From contig CACGDO010000002.1 in the NCBI GenBank assembly GCA_902571865.1, positions 54,960-118,959 of the forward strand: DNA of 64,000 bases. Reading direction: 5' to 3'. This document shows, one piece after another, positions 42,898 to 55,355 of the stretch. The position numbers and the translations under genes are program-made. The notes beneath the pieces were generated by a model, which worked only from the letters and a program-made list of their open reading frames with translations, was not told the origin of the DNA and made no database searches. How positions within the stretch are numbered: the stretch's first letter is position 1; each line of letters starts with the position of its first letter. The DNA is from an uncultured Alphaproteobacteria bacterium (GTDB taxonomy: Bacteria > Pseudomonadota > Alphaproteobacteria > HIMB59 > GCA-002718135).

Positions 42898-45639
42898 CTA
42901 ATGTGCCTGCCCCCAATGATCACCAGCACCAAAATCAACAGTGAGTGGAACTGAAAAATCTTTATATTTTAAATGTACTGACTCCATAATTGTTTTTACA
43001 TTACTTACTAAATTGTCATATTTTTTACTTTCGACTTCAAAAATTAGTTCGTCATGTACCTGTAAAAGCATTTCAGCCTCAATATTTTTAAGTTTTATTT
43101 CCTTGTGAATTTCAATCATTGCTAACTTAATAATGTCTGCTGCACTACCTTGAATTGGTGCGTTAATAGCTTGTCTTTCTGCAAAACCTCTAACAGCAAA
43201 ATTCTTATCAGCAATTCCCTTAATATTAATTTTTCTTTTAAAAATTGTTTCTACGTATTGATTTGTTTTTGCGAAATCAATTTGATGGTCCATATATTTT
43301 TTGATTTTTGGATATTTAATAAAATACTCATTTATATAATCTTTTGCTTCTGTATTGGAAATATCAAGTTGTTTAGCTAAACCGTATGGACTGATTCCAT
43401 ATAGAATACCAAAATTAATTGCTTTTGCTTTTCTTCTATAGTCATTGTTTATTTGACTATCATTTAAATTAAATATTTCCTTAGCAGTTGATGCATGAAT
43501 ATCTTCATTGTTTTTAAAAGCTTTAATGAAATTTTTATCACTAGAAATTTCTGCAGCTAATCTAAGCTCTATTTGAGAGTAATCAAAACTGACTAATTTT
43601 TTTCCTTTTCCACTAACAAAAGCTGTTCTTATTTTTTTTCCATTTTCAGTTCTAATTGGAATATTTTGAAGATTTGGATCTGTAGAACTTAATCGACCTG
43701 TTAAAGTATTAGCCAAACCAAATGATGTATGAACTCTACTTTTATCATCTGTTAATCTAAATAAAGCATCAGTATAAGTTGATTTAAGTTTTGTTAATTC
43801 CCTCCATTCAAGAACGAGATGTGCAATTTCAAATCCATCTGAGGCTAAACTATTTAAAGTTGAAGAATCAGTAGAATATGTTCCTGATTTTGTTTTTTTC
43901 CCACCAGGTATTTTAAGATTTACAAATAATATCTCTCCTAATTGTTTAGGCGAGCCAATATTGAACTCTTCTTTTGAGAGTTTATAAATATTCTTTTCAA
44001 GTATTTTACTTTCATTTTCAAATTCATTACTTAGACTTGTTAAAAACTTTTTATTCACCTCTATGCCATTTGCTTCAATTGAAGATAATACCTCTACAAG
44101 AGGCAAATCAATGTTTTGATAAACAAAATTAGCCCTTTCTTTTATTAAACGAGGATAAAGATTTTTAAAAAGCCTGAAAGTTAATAGGGAATCTTCTGCA
44201 GCATAATTAACTGCGTTATCAATAGTTACTTTATCAAAAGTAATTTCATTTTTTCCTGTACCAACAACTTCTTTGTATTTAATTGTTGTATGATTTAAAT
44301 GATTAAATGAAAGATCATCTAAGTTGTGTTTATAAATTCCATTATCAATTGAATAGGAGATTAACATTGTGTCTGCAATTGAATTAAAGGTGACTCCATA
44401 CTTATTTAAAATTCTAATATCGTATTTTATGTTTTGACCAATTTTTAAGATTGATTTGTTTTCACAGATTTTATTAATAAGATTAATTACATATTTTTCA
44501 TCTAACTGACCATTAACTCTTTTAGATCCATCTAGTGTAGTATGGTTGATTGGGATATAATAAGAAATGTCTTCATTGTAGGAAAGTGAGATACCAACTA
44601 ATTGAGCTTTTTCTATATTGAGTGAATTTGTTTCAGTATCTATTGCACATATACCTTTTTTTTCAATTTCGTTTAAAATCTTTTCAAAATTTTCCTTTGA
44701 ATTAATTAATTGGTATTTTGGTTCTATTTCTTTTTTGTGAATAATATTATTATTATCACTAGATATAAAAGAATTGGATTTTAATCTTTCAGAGGTTGAC
44801 CTAAAGCCCTGTTCTTTTAGAAATTTAAAGATGTTATTATTTTCTTTTTTTAATTCGTTATATGTTTTTATTTTCTCAATACCCTCAGGTATTTTTACAT
44901 CATTTTTTAGTGTTACAAGTTCCAAACTTAATCTGATATCATTTTCTGATTCTGTAAGAATATTTCTTCTTTTTTCTTGCTTAATTTTATCAAGATTTTT
45001 TATTAAACCGTCAATGTCGTTAAATTCATTTATTAACTGAGATGCAGTCTTAGGCCCAATACCAGGTGCACCTGGAATATTATCTACTTTGTCTCCTGTT
45101 AAAGCTTGAATAAAAATAACCTTATCTGGCTGTACACCAAACTTTTCTTCAACATCTTTGATTTCTATTTTTTTATTTTTCATTGGATCAAGCATTGTTA
45201 CATGTTTACTAACAAGCTGCATTAAATCTTTATCTGAGGAAACTATGATAGTTTCAATTTTATCTTTTTCAGCTAAGCTAACATAAGTAGCTATTAAATC
45301 ATCAGCTTCATATCCCTCAATTTCTAATTGAGGTATATTAAAACTCTTTACACACTCTCTTATTAAAGGAAATTGTGGTATCAAATCATCAGGAGCCTCA
45401 CCTCTATTAGCTTTATATTCTGGATAAATTTCATTTCTAAAATTTTCCCTTGCAGCATCAAATATCACTATCATTTTATCCTGACTGTAATCTTCTATCA
45501 GCTTAACAAGCATATTAGTAAATCCAAAAACTGCATTAATTGGTGTGCCGTCAGCACGATTCATTGGAGGAAGACCATAATAAGCCCTAAAAATATAGGC
45601 AGAACCATCAACTAGTATTAATCTACTCTTTTTATTCAT
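42898..45639 (-). CDS. polA: DNA polymerase I
   Basis: 913 aa with 5' nuclease, 3'-5' exonuclease and polymerase domains. Motifs DYSQIELR and QVHDELIFE, with the canonical ...HWGQAH C-terminus. Confidence 0.97.
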   Translation of the reverse strand: MNKKSRLILVDGSAYIFRAYYGLPPMNRADGTPINAVFGFTNMLVKLIEDYSQDKMIVIFDAARENFRNEIYPEYKANRGEAPDDLIPQFPLIRECVKSFNIPQLEIEGYEADDLIATYVSLAEKDKIETIIVSSDKDLMQLVSKHVTMLDPMKNKKIEIKDVEEKFGVQPDKVIFIQALTGDKVDNIPGAPGIGPKTASQLINEFNDIDGLIKNLDKIKQEKRRNILTESENDIRLSLELVTLKNDVKIPEGIEKIKTYNELKKENNNIFKFLKEQGFRSTSERLKSNSFISSDNNNIIHKKEIEPKYQLINSKENFEKILNEIEKKGICAIDTETNSLNIEKAQLVGISLSYNEDISYYIPINHTTLDGSKRVNGQLDEKYVINLINKICENKSILKIGQNIKYDIRILNKYGVTFNSIADTMLISYSIDNGIYKHNLDDLSFNHLNHTTIKYKEVVGTGKNEITFDKVTIDNAVNYAAEDSLLTFRLFKNLYPRLIKERANFVYQNIDLPLVEVLSSIEANGIEVNKKFLTSLSNEFENESKILEKNIYKLSKEEFNIGSPKQLGEILFVNLKIPGGKKTKSGTYSTDSSTLNSLASDGFEIAHLVLEWRELTKLKSTYTDALFRLTDDKSRVHTSFGLANTLTGRLSSTDPNLQNIPIRTENGKKIRTAFVSGKGKKLVSFDYSQIELRLAAEISSDKNFIKAFKNNEDIHASTAKEIFNLNDSQINNDYRRKAKAINFGILYGISPYGLAKQLDISNTEAKDYINEYFIKYPKIKKYMDHQIDFAKTNQYVETIFKRKINIKGIADKNFAVRGFAERQAINAPIQGSAADIIKLAMIEIHKEIKLKNIEAEMLLQVHDELIFEVESKKYDNLVSNVKTIMESVHLKYKDFSVPLTVDFGAGDHWGQAH

Positions 45640-45670
45640 TATAAATTTAAATATATAAGATTTTAAATAA

Positions 45671-46609
45671 ATGTCAGAATATAAATATTCAATTGAAGCT
45701 AAAAATGTAAATAAAGTTTTTTATAAAAAAACTCAAAAAGTTAATGCATTAATTGATTTTAGTATAAAGCTAGAAAGAGGAACAATTCATGGTCTATTAG
45801 GACCAAATGGTGCAGGCAAATCAACCTTTATTAATATTCTTGGAGGTTTAGTCAAAAAAAATTCAGGAGATGTTAATATTTGTGGCATAAATATAGATAA
45901 AAACATTAAATTAAGTAAATTCAAAATAGGTATAGTTCCGCAAGAATTAAATATTGATCCATTCTTTTCTCCAGCTGAATTATTAGAGCTGCAAGCAGGT
46001 TTATATGGGGTTCCTAAAAGAAAAAGAAAAACTGATGAAATTCTTGATAATTTAAAATTGACAGATCAAAGAAATGCTTACGCTAGAACCTTGTCTGGTG
46101 GGATGAGACGAAGATTACTAATTGGAAAGGCTCTTGTTCATGATCCAGAAATGATAATTTTAGATGAGCCAACTGCAGGTGTTGACATTGATATTAGAAC
46201 ATCTGTTTGGAATTATATAAAAAAAATAAGCAAACAAGGAAAGACGATATGTTTAACAACTCATTATTTAGAGGAAGCTGAAAGTCTTTGTGACAAAATT
46301 ACTATTATTAATAATGGTAAAAAAGTTATCGAAGGATCTAAGACTGATTTACTAAATATTATATCAACTAAGTCAGTTTCTTTTGTCTTAGATGAAAGCG
46401 TAAGCATTCCTAAAGAGTTAAATGAATTTAAACCAGTAATTACGGATAACATATTAAAACTAAATTATGATAAAAATAAAACTAATATAAAAAAAATTAT
46501 TAATATTTTGAATAGTAATGGAATTGAATTTAAAGAAATTAATACATCTGAAGGTGATTTAGAAGACGTCTTTATTAAAGTAGTTAGTAAAAATGATACT
46601 GCAGTCTAA
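45671..46609 (+). CDS. ABC transporter ATP-binding protein (ABC-2/NatA-DrrA-like), no adjacent permease
   Basis: 312 aa. Walker A GLLGPNGAGKST, signature LSGGMRRRL, Walker B IILDEP, and a C-terminal extension of about 80 aa. Confidence 0.9.
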   Translation: MSEYKYSIEAKNVNKVFYKKTQKVNALIDFSIKLERGTIHGLLGPNGAGKSTFINILGGLVKKNSGDVNICGINIDKNIKLSKFKIGIVPQELNIDPFFSPAELLELQAGLYGVPKRKRKTDEILDNLKLTDQRNAYARTLSGGMRRRLLIGKALVHDPEMIILDEPTAGVDIDIRTSVWNYIKKISKQGKTICLTTHYLEEAESLCDKITIINNGKKVIEGSKTDLLNIISTKSVSFVLDESVSIPKELNEFKPVITDNILKLNYDKNKTNIKKIINILNSNGIEFKEINTSEGDLEDVFIKVVSKNDTAV

Positions 46610-47915
46610 AAATTTATTTAGTTACCTTTTTTTACTGATCCCTTTGTTTTTAATTACTGGTCCAGCGATACCTGATATTGTAATTACATTAGGTGTAATA
46701 TTTGGAATATTTTATATTCTTTATCAAAAAGAATATGAAAACTTTATAAAGTTAAATTTTTTTAGAATTTCAATTATATTTTGGTTAAGTTTAATATTAA
46801 TAAGTTTTTTTTCATATAATAAAACTTATTCTTTCCAAGATTCTCTAATTTTTATTAGAATTTTATTAATACCATTTTTTTGTTATTTTGTATTTTTTAG
46901 AGATAATAAATTTTTTGAGAGATTATTATTGGTTTTATTTATTATTGTTGTGTTTGTTAGTATAGATACACTTTATCAATTCATTAATTATACATCTAAA
47001 GATGGTTTTAAAGAAGATTTATTAGGATTTAAGTCAAACTGGTATGGAAGATTAACTGGTCCATTTGGAGATGAATTAATTCCTGGATCATACCTATCAA
47101 AGTTTGGTTTATTTGGATTTGTATTTCTTATATCTAAAAAAAAATTAGAAAATAATATAATTTTTCAATCACTTTATCTATCTATAATTATTTTAGTTTG
47201 CTATGTATCTGGTGAAAGAATGGCATTTGCAACATTCTCTTTAAGCTTACTGCTTTTACTTATTTTTTTAGACGGTTTTAGGAAATCTATTATGTCATCA
47301 ATTTTGATTGGTGCATTATTTATATTTTTAGCAAATTATCTACATCCCTTTTATAATGACTTTAATATAATTGAGTCTACTGAATATCATCAAGGTCAGA
47401 AAATTGAAAAATTTTTTCAATGTGAAAACAATACTGAAAAAATCTGTTCAAAAATTATAAATATTCAGCCCAATTTTTTCGAGGTAATTAAAAATTTTAG
47501 CAGTTCTGCTTATGGTGAAATTTATTTATTGTCGTTTAAAATGTTTATAGATAACCCAATTACAGGAATTGGTATTAATAATTTTAAATATCTATGTAAC
47601 TACAATGAATTATATAAAAATATGATGATAAATTATGAGTGTGCATCACATCCACACAACATTTATATACAATGGTTAGCAGAGGGTGGTTTAATAGTGT
47701 TTATTTCATTTATTTTATTCTTATTTTTCTTGGTAAAGTTTATAATAAATAATACTGCTGATAAAAAATATAAAATAATTTCTATTGTGATAATTTTAAT
47801 AATGTTTTGGCCTATTATGTCGACTGGGAGTTTAATTAAAAATTGGTTTGGAGTGACTACATTTTTTATTATTGGATTATGTATGTGTCTTAGTAAATTT
47901 AAAAATAATTACTAA
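46593..47915 (+). CDS. O-antigen ligase / Wzy_C-domain membrane protein
   Basis: 440 aa, about 10-12 TM helices, with a periplasmic loop carrying ASHPHNIYIQWLAEGG (the H-x-H-N type motif of WaaL/PglL-like ligases). Overlaps the ABC ATPase gene by 17 nt. Confidence 0.72.
   Translation: MILQSKNLFSYLFLLIPLFLITGPAIPDIVITLGVIFGIFYILYQKEYENFIKLNFFRISIIFWLSLILISFFSYNKTYSFQDSLIFIRILLIPFFCYFVFFRDNKFFERLLLVLFIIVVFVSIDTLYQFINYTSKDGFKEDLLGFKSNWYGRLTGPFGDELIPGSYLSKFGLFGFVFLISKKKLENNIIFQSLYLSIIILVCYVSGERMAFATFSLSLLLLLIFLDGFRKSIMSSILIGALFIFLANYLHPFYNDFNIIESTEYHQGQKIEKFFQCENNTEKICSKIINIQPNFFEVIKNFSSSAYGEIYLLSFKMFIDNPITGIGINNFKYLCNYNELYKNMMINYECASHPHNIYIQWLAEGGLIVFISFILFLFFLVKFIINNTADKKYKIISIVIILIMFWPIMSTGSLIKNWFGVTTFFIIGLCMCLSKFKNNY
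47197..47306. repeat. left arm of a perfect 110-bp inverted repeat
   Basis: Checked block by block: the reverse complement of 47197-47306 equals 48027-48136 (110/110). Weaker similarity continues to 47321. Confidence 0.95.
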
Positions 47916-48143
47916 GCTTTGAATTTGAAAAAGTTTTTTTAGATTTTAGAGCAACTAATAATCCTAATATAAAGAAAATTATCACAGCTAGTGTTGTTCC
48001 ATTACCTTTACCAAATAATGAACCAACAAAATTGATGACATAATAGATTTCCTAAAACCGTCTAAAAAAATAAGTAAAAGCAGTAAGCTTAAAGAGAATG
48101 TTGCAAATGCCATTCTTTCACCAGATACATAGCAAATATGATC
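47899..48143 (-). pseudogene. frameshifted, internally deleted inverted copy of the O-antigen-ligase-like gene
   Basis: The minus strand reads ...CYVSGERMAFATFSLSLLLLLIFLDGFRKSIMSSIL (ligase residues 203-238). A missing A then shifts the frame. The restored frame gives IGSLFGKGNGTTLAVIIFFILGLLVALKSKKTFSNSKLSNYF*, which resembles the ligase C-terminus. Confidence 0.5.
48027..48136. repeat. right arm of a perfect 110-bp inverted repeat
   Basis: Exact reverse complement of 47197-47306. It extends to 48013 with one substitution and one 1-nt deletion. It overlaps the last 6 codons and the stop of the GT2 gene. Confidence 0.95.
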
Positions 48144-48924
48144 CTACGAATGCCATATAAACTGCAGAATATGCTATTGATAAATTTGTTGAAGCAGAAT
48201 TATCAAAAAATCTTACTTTGATAAGATAATAAAAAGATTTTAGACCATCAACCCATGTAATTTTTTTTCCTTGTACTTTGGATCTAAAAAAATATGAGAC
48301 ACCAAATTCATAAATAAAAAAGTTATTTCTTACAATTTGTGAAGCTAGATCGATTTCAATACCAAAATCATTTATACTAAGTTGAATTTTTTCTATTACA
48401 CTTCTATGTAAAATTTTTAATCCACAATGAACATCACTTAATGATTGTGAAAAAAAAATGTTGAATATTAAGGAATTTATTTTTCCTACAAGGTTATTAA
48501 AAAAATAATTATTTTTCTTTAATTTGCCTGATAAGTATCTGCTGCCAAAAATACATTTTATCTCTTTATTAGTAGAAATCATTTCAAACATTTCTTTAGC
48601 ATCTTTACAATCTAATTCTAAATCTGCATCTTGAAGCAAAACATATTCTCCATTTGAATTTTTAATACCTATCTGAATTGCTTTTCCTTTTCCTGAATTG
48701 ATATCAAGTCTTATAATTTTAAGTGAGAATTTGTAGTTATATTTTTTTTTTAATTCTGCTAATAAGTCGGATGAACCGTCGTTTGAACCATCATCAACAA
48801 TAATAACTTCAGTATATTCATTATTAAAAAATTTTTTAATTTGTTCGAAGAGTTTTCTAAGAAAGTTAATTTCATTAAAAACAGGTATTACTATGGATAA
48901 CGTTTTACTATTCTCTTGGGGCAT
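48118..48924 (-). CDS. glycosyltransferase family 2
   Basis: 268 aa. SIVIPVFNE, DDGSNDGS and LQDADLE (DxD) motifs with a hydrophobic C-terminal tail. The start overlaps the regA stop region by 17 nt. Confidence 0.85.
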   Translation of the reverse strand: MPQENSKTLSIVIPVFNEINFLRKLFEQIKKFFNNEYTEVIIVDDGSNDGSSDLLAELKKKYNYKFSLKIIRLDINSGKGKAIQIGIKNSNGEYVLLQDADLELDCKDAKEMFEMISTNKEIKCIFGSRYLSGKLKKNNYFFNNLVGKINSLIFNIFFSQSLSDVHCGLKILHRSVIEKIQLSINDFGIEIDLASQIVRNNFFIYEFGVSYFFRSKVQGKKITWVDGLKSFYYLIKVRFFDNSASTNLSIAYSAVYMAFVGSYLLCIW

Positions 48925-49435
48925 GTTTATTCAGTATTCTCTGCAATGTTCGTCTATGCATTCTTAATCTTCTAGCTGTTTCAGATACATTTCTATTACA
49001 CTGTATAAACACTCTTTGTATATGTTCCCATCTAATTCGATCTGCTGTCATTGGATTTTCTGGAGGAGGTGGTAGTATTTCCTTTGAATTGGTAAGAGCA
49101 TCATAAATTTGATCAATTTCTGCTGGTTTAGGGAGATAGTCTATTGCTCCTGATTTAATTGCAGCAACAGCTGTTGCTATATTTCCATAACCAGTTAGAA
49201 GAAGTGATTTGGTTTGAGGACTAATTTTTTGCAGTTCTTTTACTAATTCTAATCCAGACCCATCCTCTAATCTCATATCAACAACTGCATAATCAAAATT
49301 ATTCTGGTTAACCTTTAACAATGAATCTTTAAAACCTGGTGAAGATATTACTTCAAATCCTTTTTTTTCCATGGATCTTGTAAGTCTCTCTCTAAAAGGA
49401 AGGTCATCATCAACAATCAGTAATTTCATACTCAT
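48908..49435 (-). CDS. regA: redox response regulator RegA/PrrA/ActR
   Basis: 175 aa. Receiver domain, PPPPENP linker, and the invariant RegA helix-turn-helix NVSETARRLRMHRRTLQRIL. Confidence 0.9.
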   Translation of the reverse strand: MSMKLLIVDDDLPFRERLTRSMEKKGFEVISSPGFKDSLLKVNQNNFDYAVVDMRLEDGSGLELVKELQKISPQTKSLLLTGYGNIATAVAAIKSGAIDYLPKPAEIDQIYDALTNSKEILPPPPENPMTADRIRWEHIQRVFIQCNRNVSETARRLRMHRRTLQRILNKHAPRE

Positions 49436-50661
49436 ATATTTAAGATAGAGTTATCGAAGTTAATTTCAACAACAGCGTTGCCATCTTTGGAATTATAAAA
49501 ATCAAGGTTGCCACCCATATTTTCAATTAGGTTTTTTGCTATAAATATACCTAATCCCATTCCCTGATTATTTTTCGAAACATATGGCTCTCCTAATTTA
49601 TCAATTATATCTTTAGAAAAACCACTGCCATCATCAGATATAGTTATATTAACGGTTGTTTTTTTATAGTTTAATTCAACTTTAGTTGTATTCATAGAGT
49701 AGAATATTGCATTTTGAATTATGTTACCCAAAGCGTACATTATTTCATCTCTATAAACAATCTCAGGCTCAAAGTCAGAGGGGTTTATTTTTAAAAGTAG
49801 ATTTTTATTTTTATTAAATTTATCAAAGTTTATTTTAATTAAATCAGATATTTTTACTTTTTCCAAAAAATTATCTTTTAATTTAAGGGGATTTTTTGAA
49901 AATCTTTGTAATATTTCTTTACATCTTTCTGCTTGTGATTTTAACAACACAATATCTTTAACTATATTCTTATCATCAATTAATTTTTTTTCTTTTAATA
50001 AATCATTTAAAATTAAAAATATTGTATTAAGCGGGGTACCCAATTCATGAGCTGCAGCAGCACTAAGAGAACCTACTTCGGTCATTTTCTTTTGATTTAA
50101 AATTTGTAGTTTTGAAACTGAAAGTGCATTTGAAATTTTTCTCGAAGAACTTGCAAATAAATAAGCATAAATAGCAATAAAAATTACTGTAATAATTAAT
50201 GAGGCAACTAAACCAAAACTATAAAGATTTGGTAAATAAAATTTAGGTCCTAGATCAAGAGGTATATAATAAAAATTTAATATAATTATAATAATTATTG
50301 AAATAGTTGAGAGAATAACTGTCATTAATGCAGGTAGATATGATGCTGATGTAATTACTGGTGCTAAAATTAATATTGAAAAAGGGTTAATTATTCCTCC
50401 AGTCAAAAATAACAAAAAACCTAATTGCAAGGTATCGAAAAGTAAATATGAAAAAGCTTTTGTGTTGCTGATAGATTTATTTTTTCTTTCTTCATAATAA
50501 GAATAAAAATTTACTGCAACTGATAATAAGATTATTGTCAGAGTTTCAAAAAATGGAATTTGAATTTTGGTAACAAATGATACGAAAAAAATTGCTAAGG
50601 CCTGTCCAAAAATTGCTATCCATCTTATTTTAATTAAATTTCCAAGTAAAATTGTATTCAT
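49432..50661 (-). CDS. regB: redox sensor histidine kinase RegB/PrrB/ActS
   Basis: 409 aa. Six TM helices containing the GGIINPF quinone-box motif, H-box AAAHELGTPLNTI, and a Cys in QAERCKEIL where the RegB redox Cys sits. Confidence 0.85.
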   Translation of the reverse strand: MNTILLGNLIKIRWIAIFGQALAIFFVSFVTKIQIPFFETLTIILLSVAVNFYSYYEERKNKSISNTKAFSYLLFDTLQLGFLLFLTGGIINPFSILILAPVITSASYLPALMTVILSTISIIIIIILNFYYIPLDLGPKFYLPNLYSFGLVASLIITVIFIAIYAYLFASSSRKISNALSVSKLQILNQKKMTEVGSLSAAAAHELGTPLNTIFLILNDLLKEKKLIDDKNIVKDIVLLKSQAERCKEILQRFSKNPLKLKDNFLEKVKISDLIKINFDKFNKNKNLLLKINPSDFEPEIVYRDEIMYALGNIIQNAIFYSMNTTKVELNYKKTTVNITISDDGSGFSKDIIDKLGEPYVSKNNQGMGLGIFIAKNLIENMGGNLDFYNSKDGNAVVEINFDNSILNI

Positions 50662-50667
50662 TAAAGT

Positions 50668-54212
<3,545 letters not shown>

Positions 54213-54215
54213 ATT

Positions 54216-55331
54216 TTAAACTCTCATTGGCATTAAGACATAAACTAAATTAGTATTTGAATTTTCAAGAGCAGTAATTGGAGAAGTATTGTCTTTTAAA
54301 TTAATTGATATTTCTTCATCTTCTAAATTATTAACTATATCCATTATATATTTTGAATTGAATCCAATTTCTATATCATCACCATTATAATTTATTTTTA
54401 AATCTTCAGATGCAGTGCTACTTTCATTATTGATAGTATTTAAATTTAATACATTATTTAATAATTTAAACTTTATTACTGGTGATTTTTCATTAGCAAT
54501 TGTGCTTACCCTATCTACTGCAGAAAGTAATAATTCCCTTTTTATTTTGAGAGTATTTAAATTATCTTTAGGAATTACTCTTTTATAATCTGGAAAACTT
54601 CCATCAATTAGTTTTGATATAAATATTATATTTTGTAATACAAAAACAATTTTATTTGAGCTAATGTATATTTCTACTTCAGTGTTATTTTCTGATAATA
54701 ATTTAGAAATTTCATAAATTGTTTTTTTAGGAATAATTACACCAGATATTTGGTCAATATTTTCTTCAACCTCATAAGAAAATTTTGCCAATCGGTGACC
54801 GTCAGTACCGACTAAAGTTACCATATTTTTATTGTTTTCGCTGCTAATATTAAAATATAATCCATTGAGAAAGTATCTTGTTTCTTCATTAGAAATTGCA
54901 AACTTTGTTTTATCAATCAATTTAAATAATATATTTGAATTAATTTTAATTTTGACGCCCAAAGTGTCTTGATCAATTATTGGATAGTCCTCTTTTGGTA
55001 AACAAGCTAATGAAAACCTAGACCCATCAGCACGTAAGGTTAGTAACTTTCCATTATTTGAAATTATTTCTATTTCACTATTACCATCAATTTTTCTTAC
55101 TATATCATATAATATTTGAGAATTTATAGTAGTGGCACCTTCCTCAAATATATTACAATCAATTTTTTCAATTATAGAAATATCCATATCTGTTGATGAT
55201 AAAATCAATTGATCATTTTTTGCCTCAATTAAAATATTTGATAGAATTGGCAATGAATTTTTTTTGTCAACTATGCCTTGGAGGTGAGATAATGTTTTAA
55301 AAAAATTTGATTGTGATATTTTAAATTTCAT
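54216..55331 (-). CDS. dnaN: DNA polymerase III beta sliding clamp
   Basis: 371 aa. Three-domain clamp-length protein ending ...LMPMRV. Positioned between dnaA and recF. Confidence 0.93.
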   Translation of the reverse strand: MKFKISQSNFFKTLSHLQGIVDKKNSLPILSNILIEAKNDQLILSSTDMDISIIEKIDCNIFEEGATTINSQILYDIVRKIDGNSEIEIISNNGKLLTLRADGSRFSLACLPKEDYPIIDQDTLGVKIKINSNILFKLIDKTKFAISNEETRYFLNGLYFNISSENNKNMVTLVGTDGHRLAKFSYEVEENIDQISGVIIPKKTIYEISKLLSENNTEVEIYISSNKIVFVLQNIIFISKLIDGSFPDYKRVIPKDNLNTLKIKRELLLSAVDRVSTIANEKSPVIKFKLLNNVLNLNTINNESSTASEDLKINYNGDDIEIGFNSKYIMDIVNNLEDEEISINLKDNTSPITALENSNTNLVYVLMPMRV

Positions 55332-55355
55332 ATCATAACAATATGATAAAAATTA

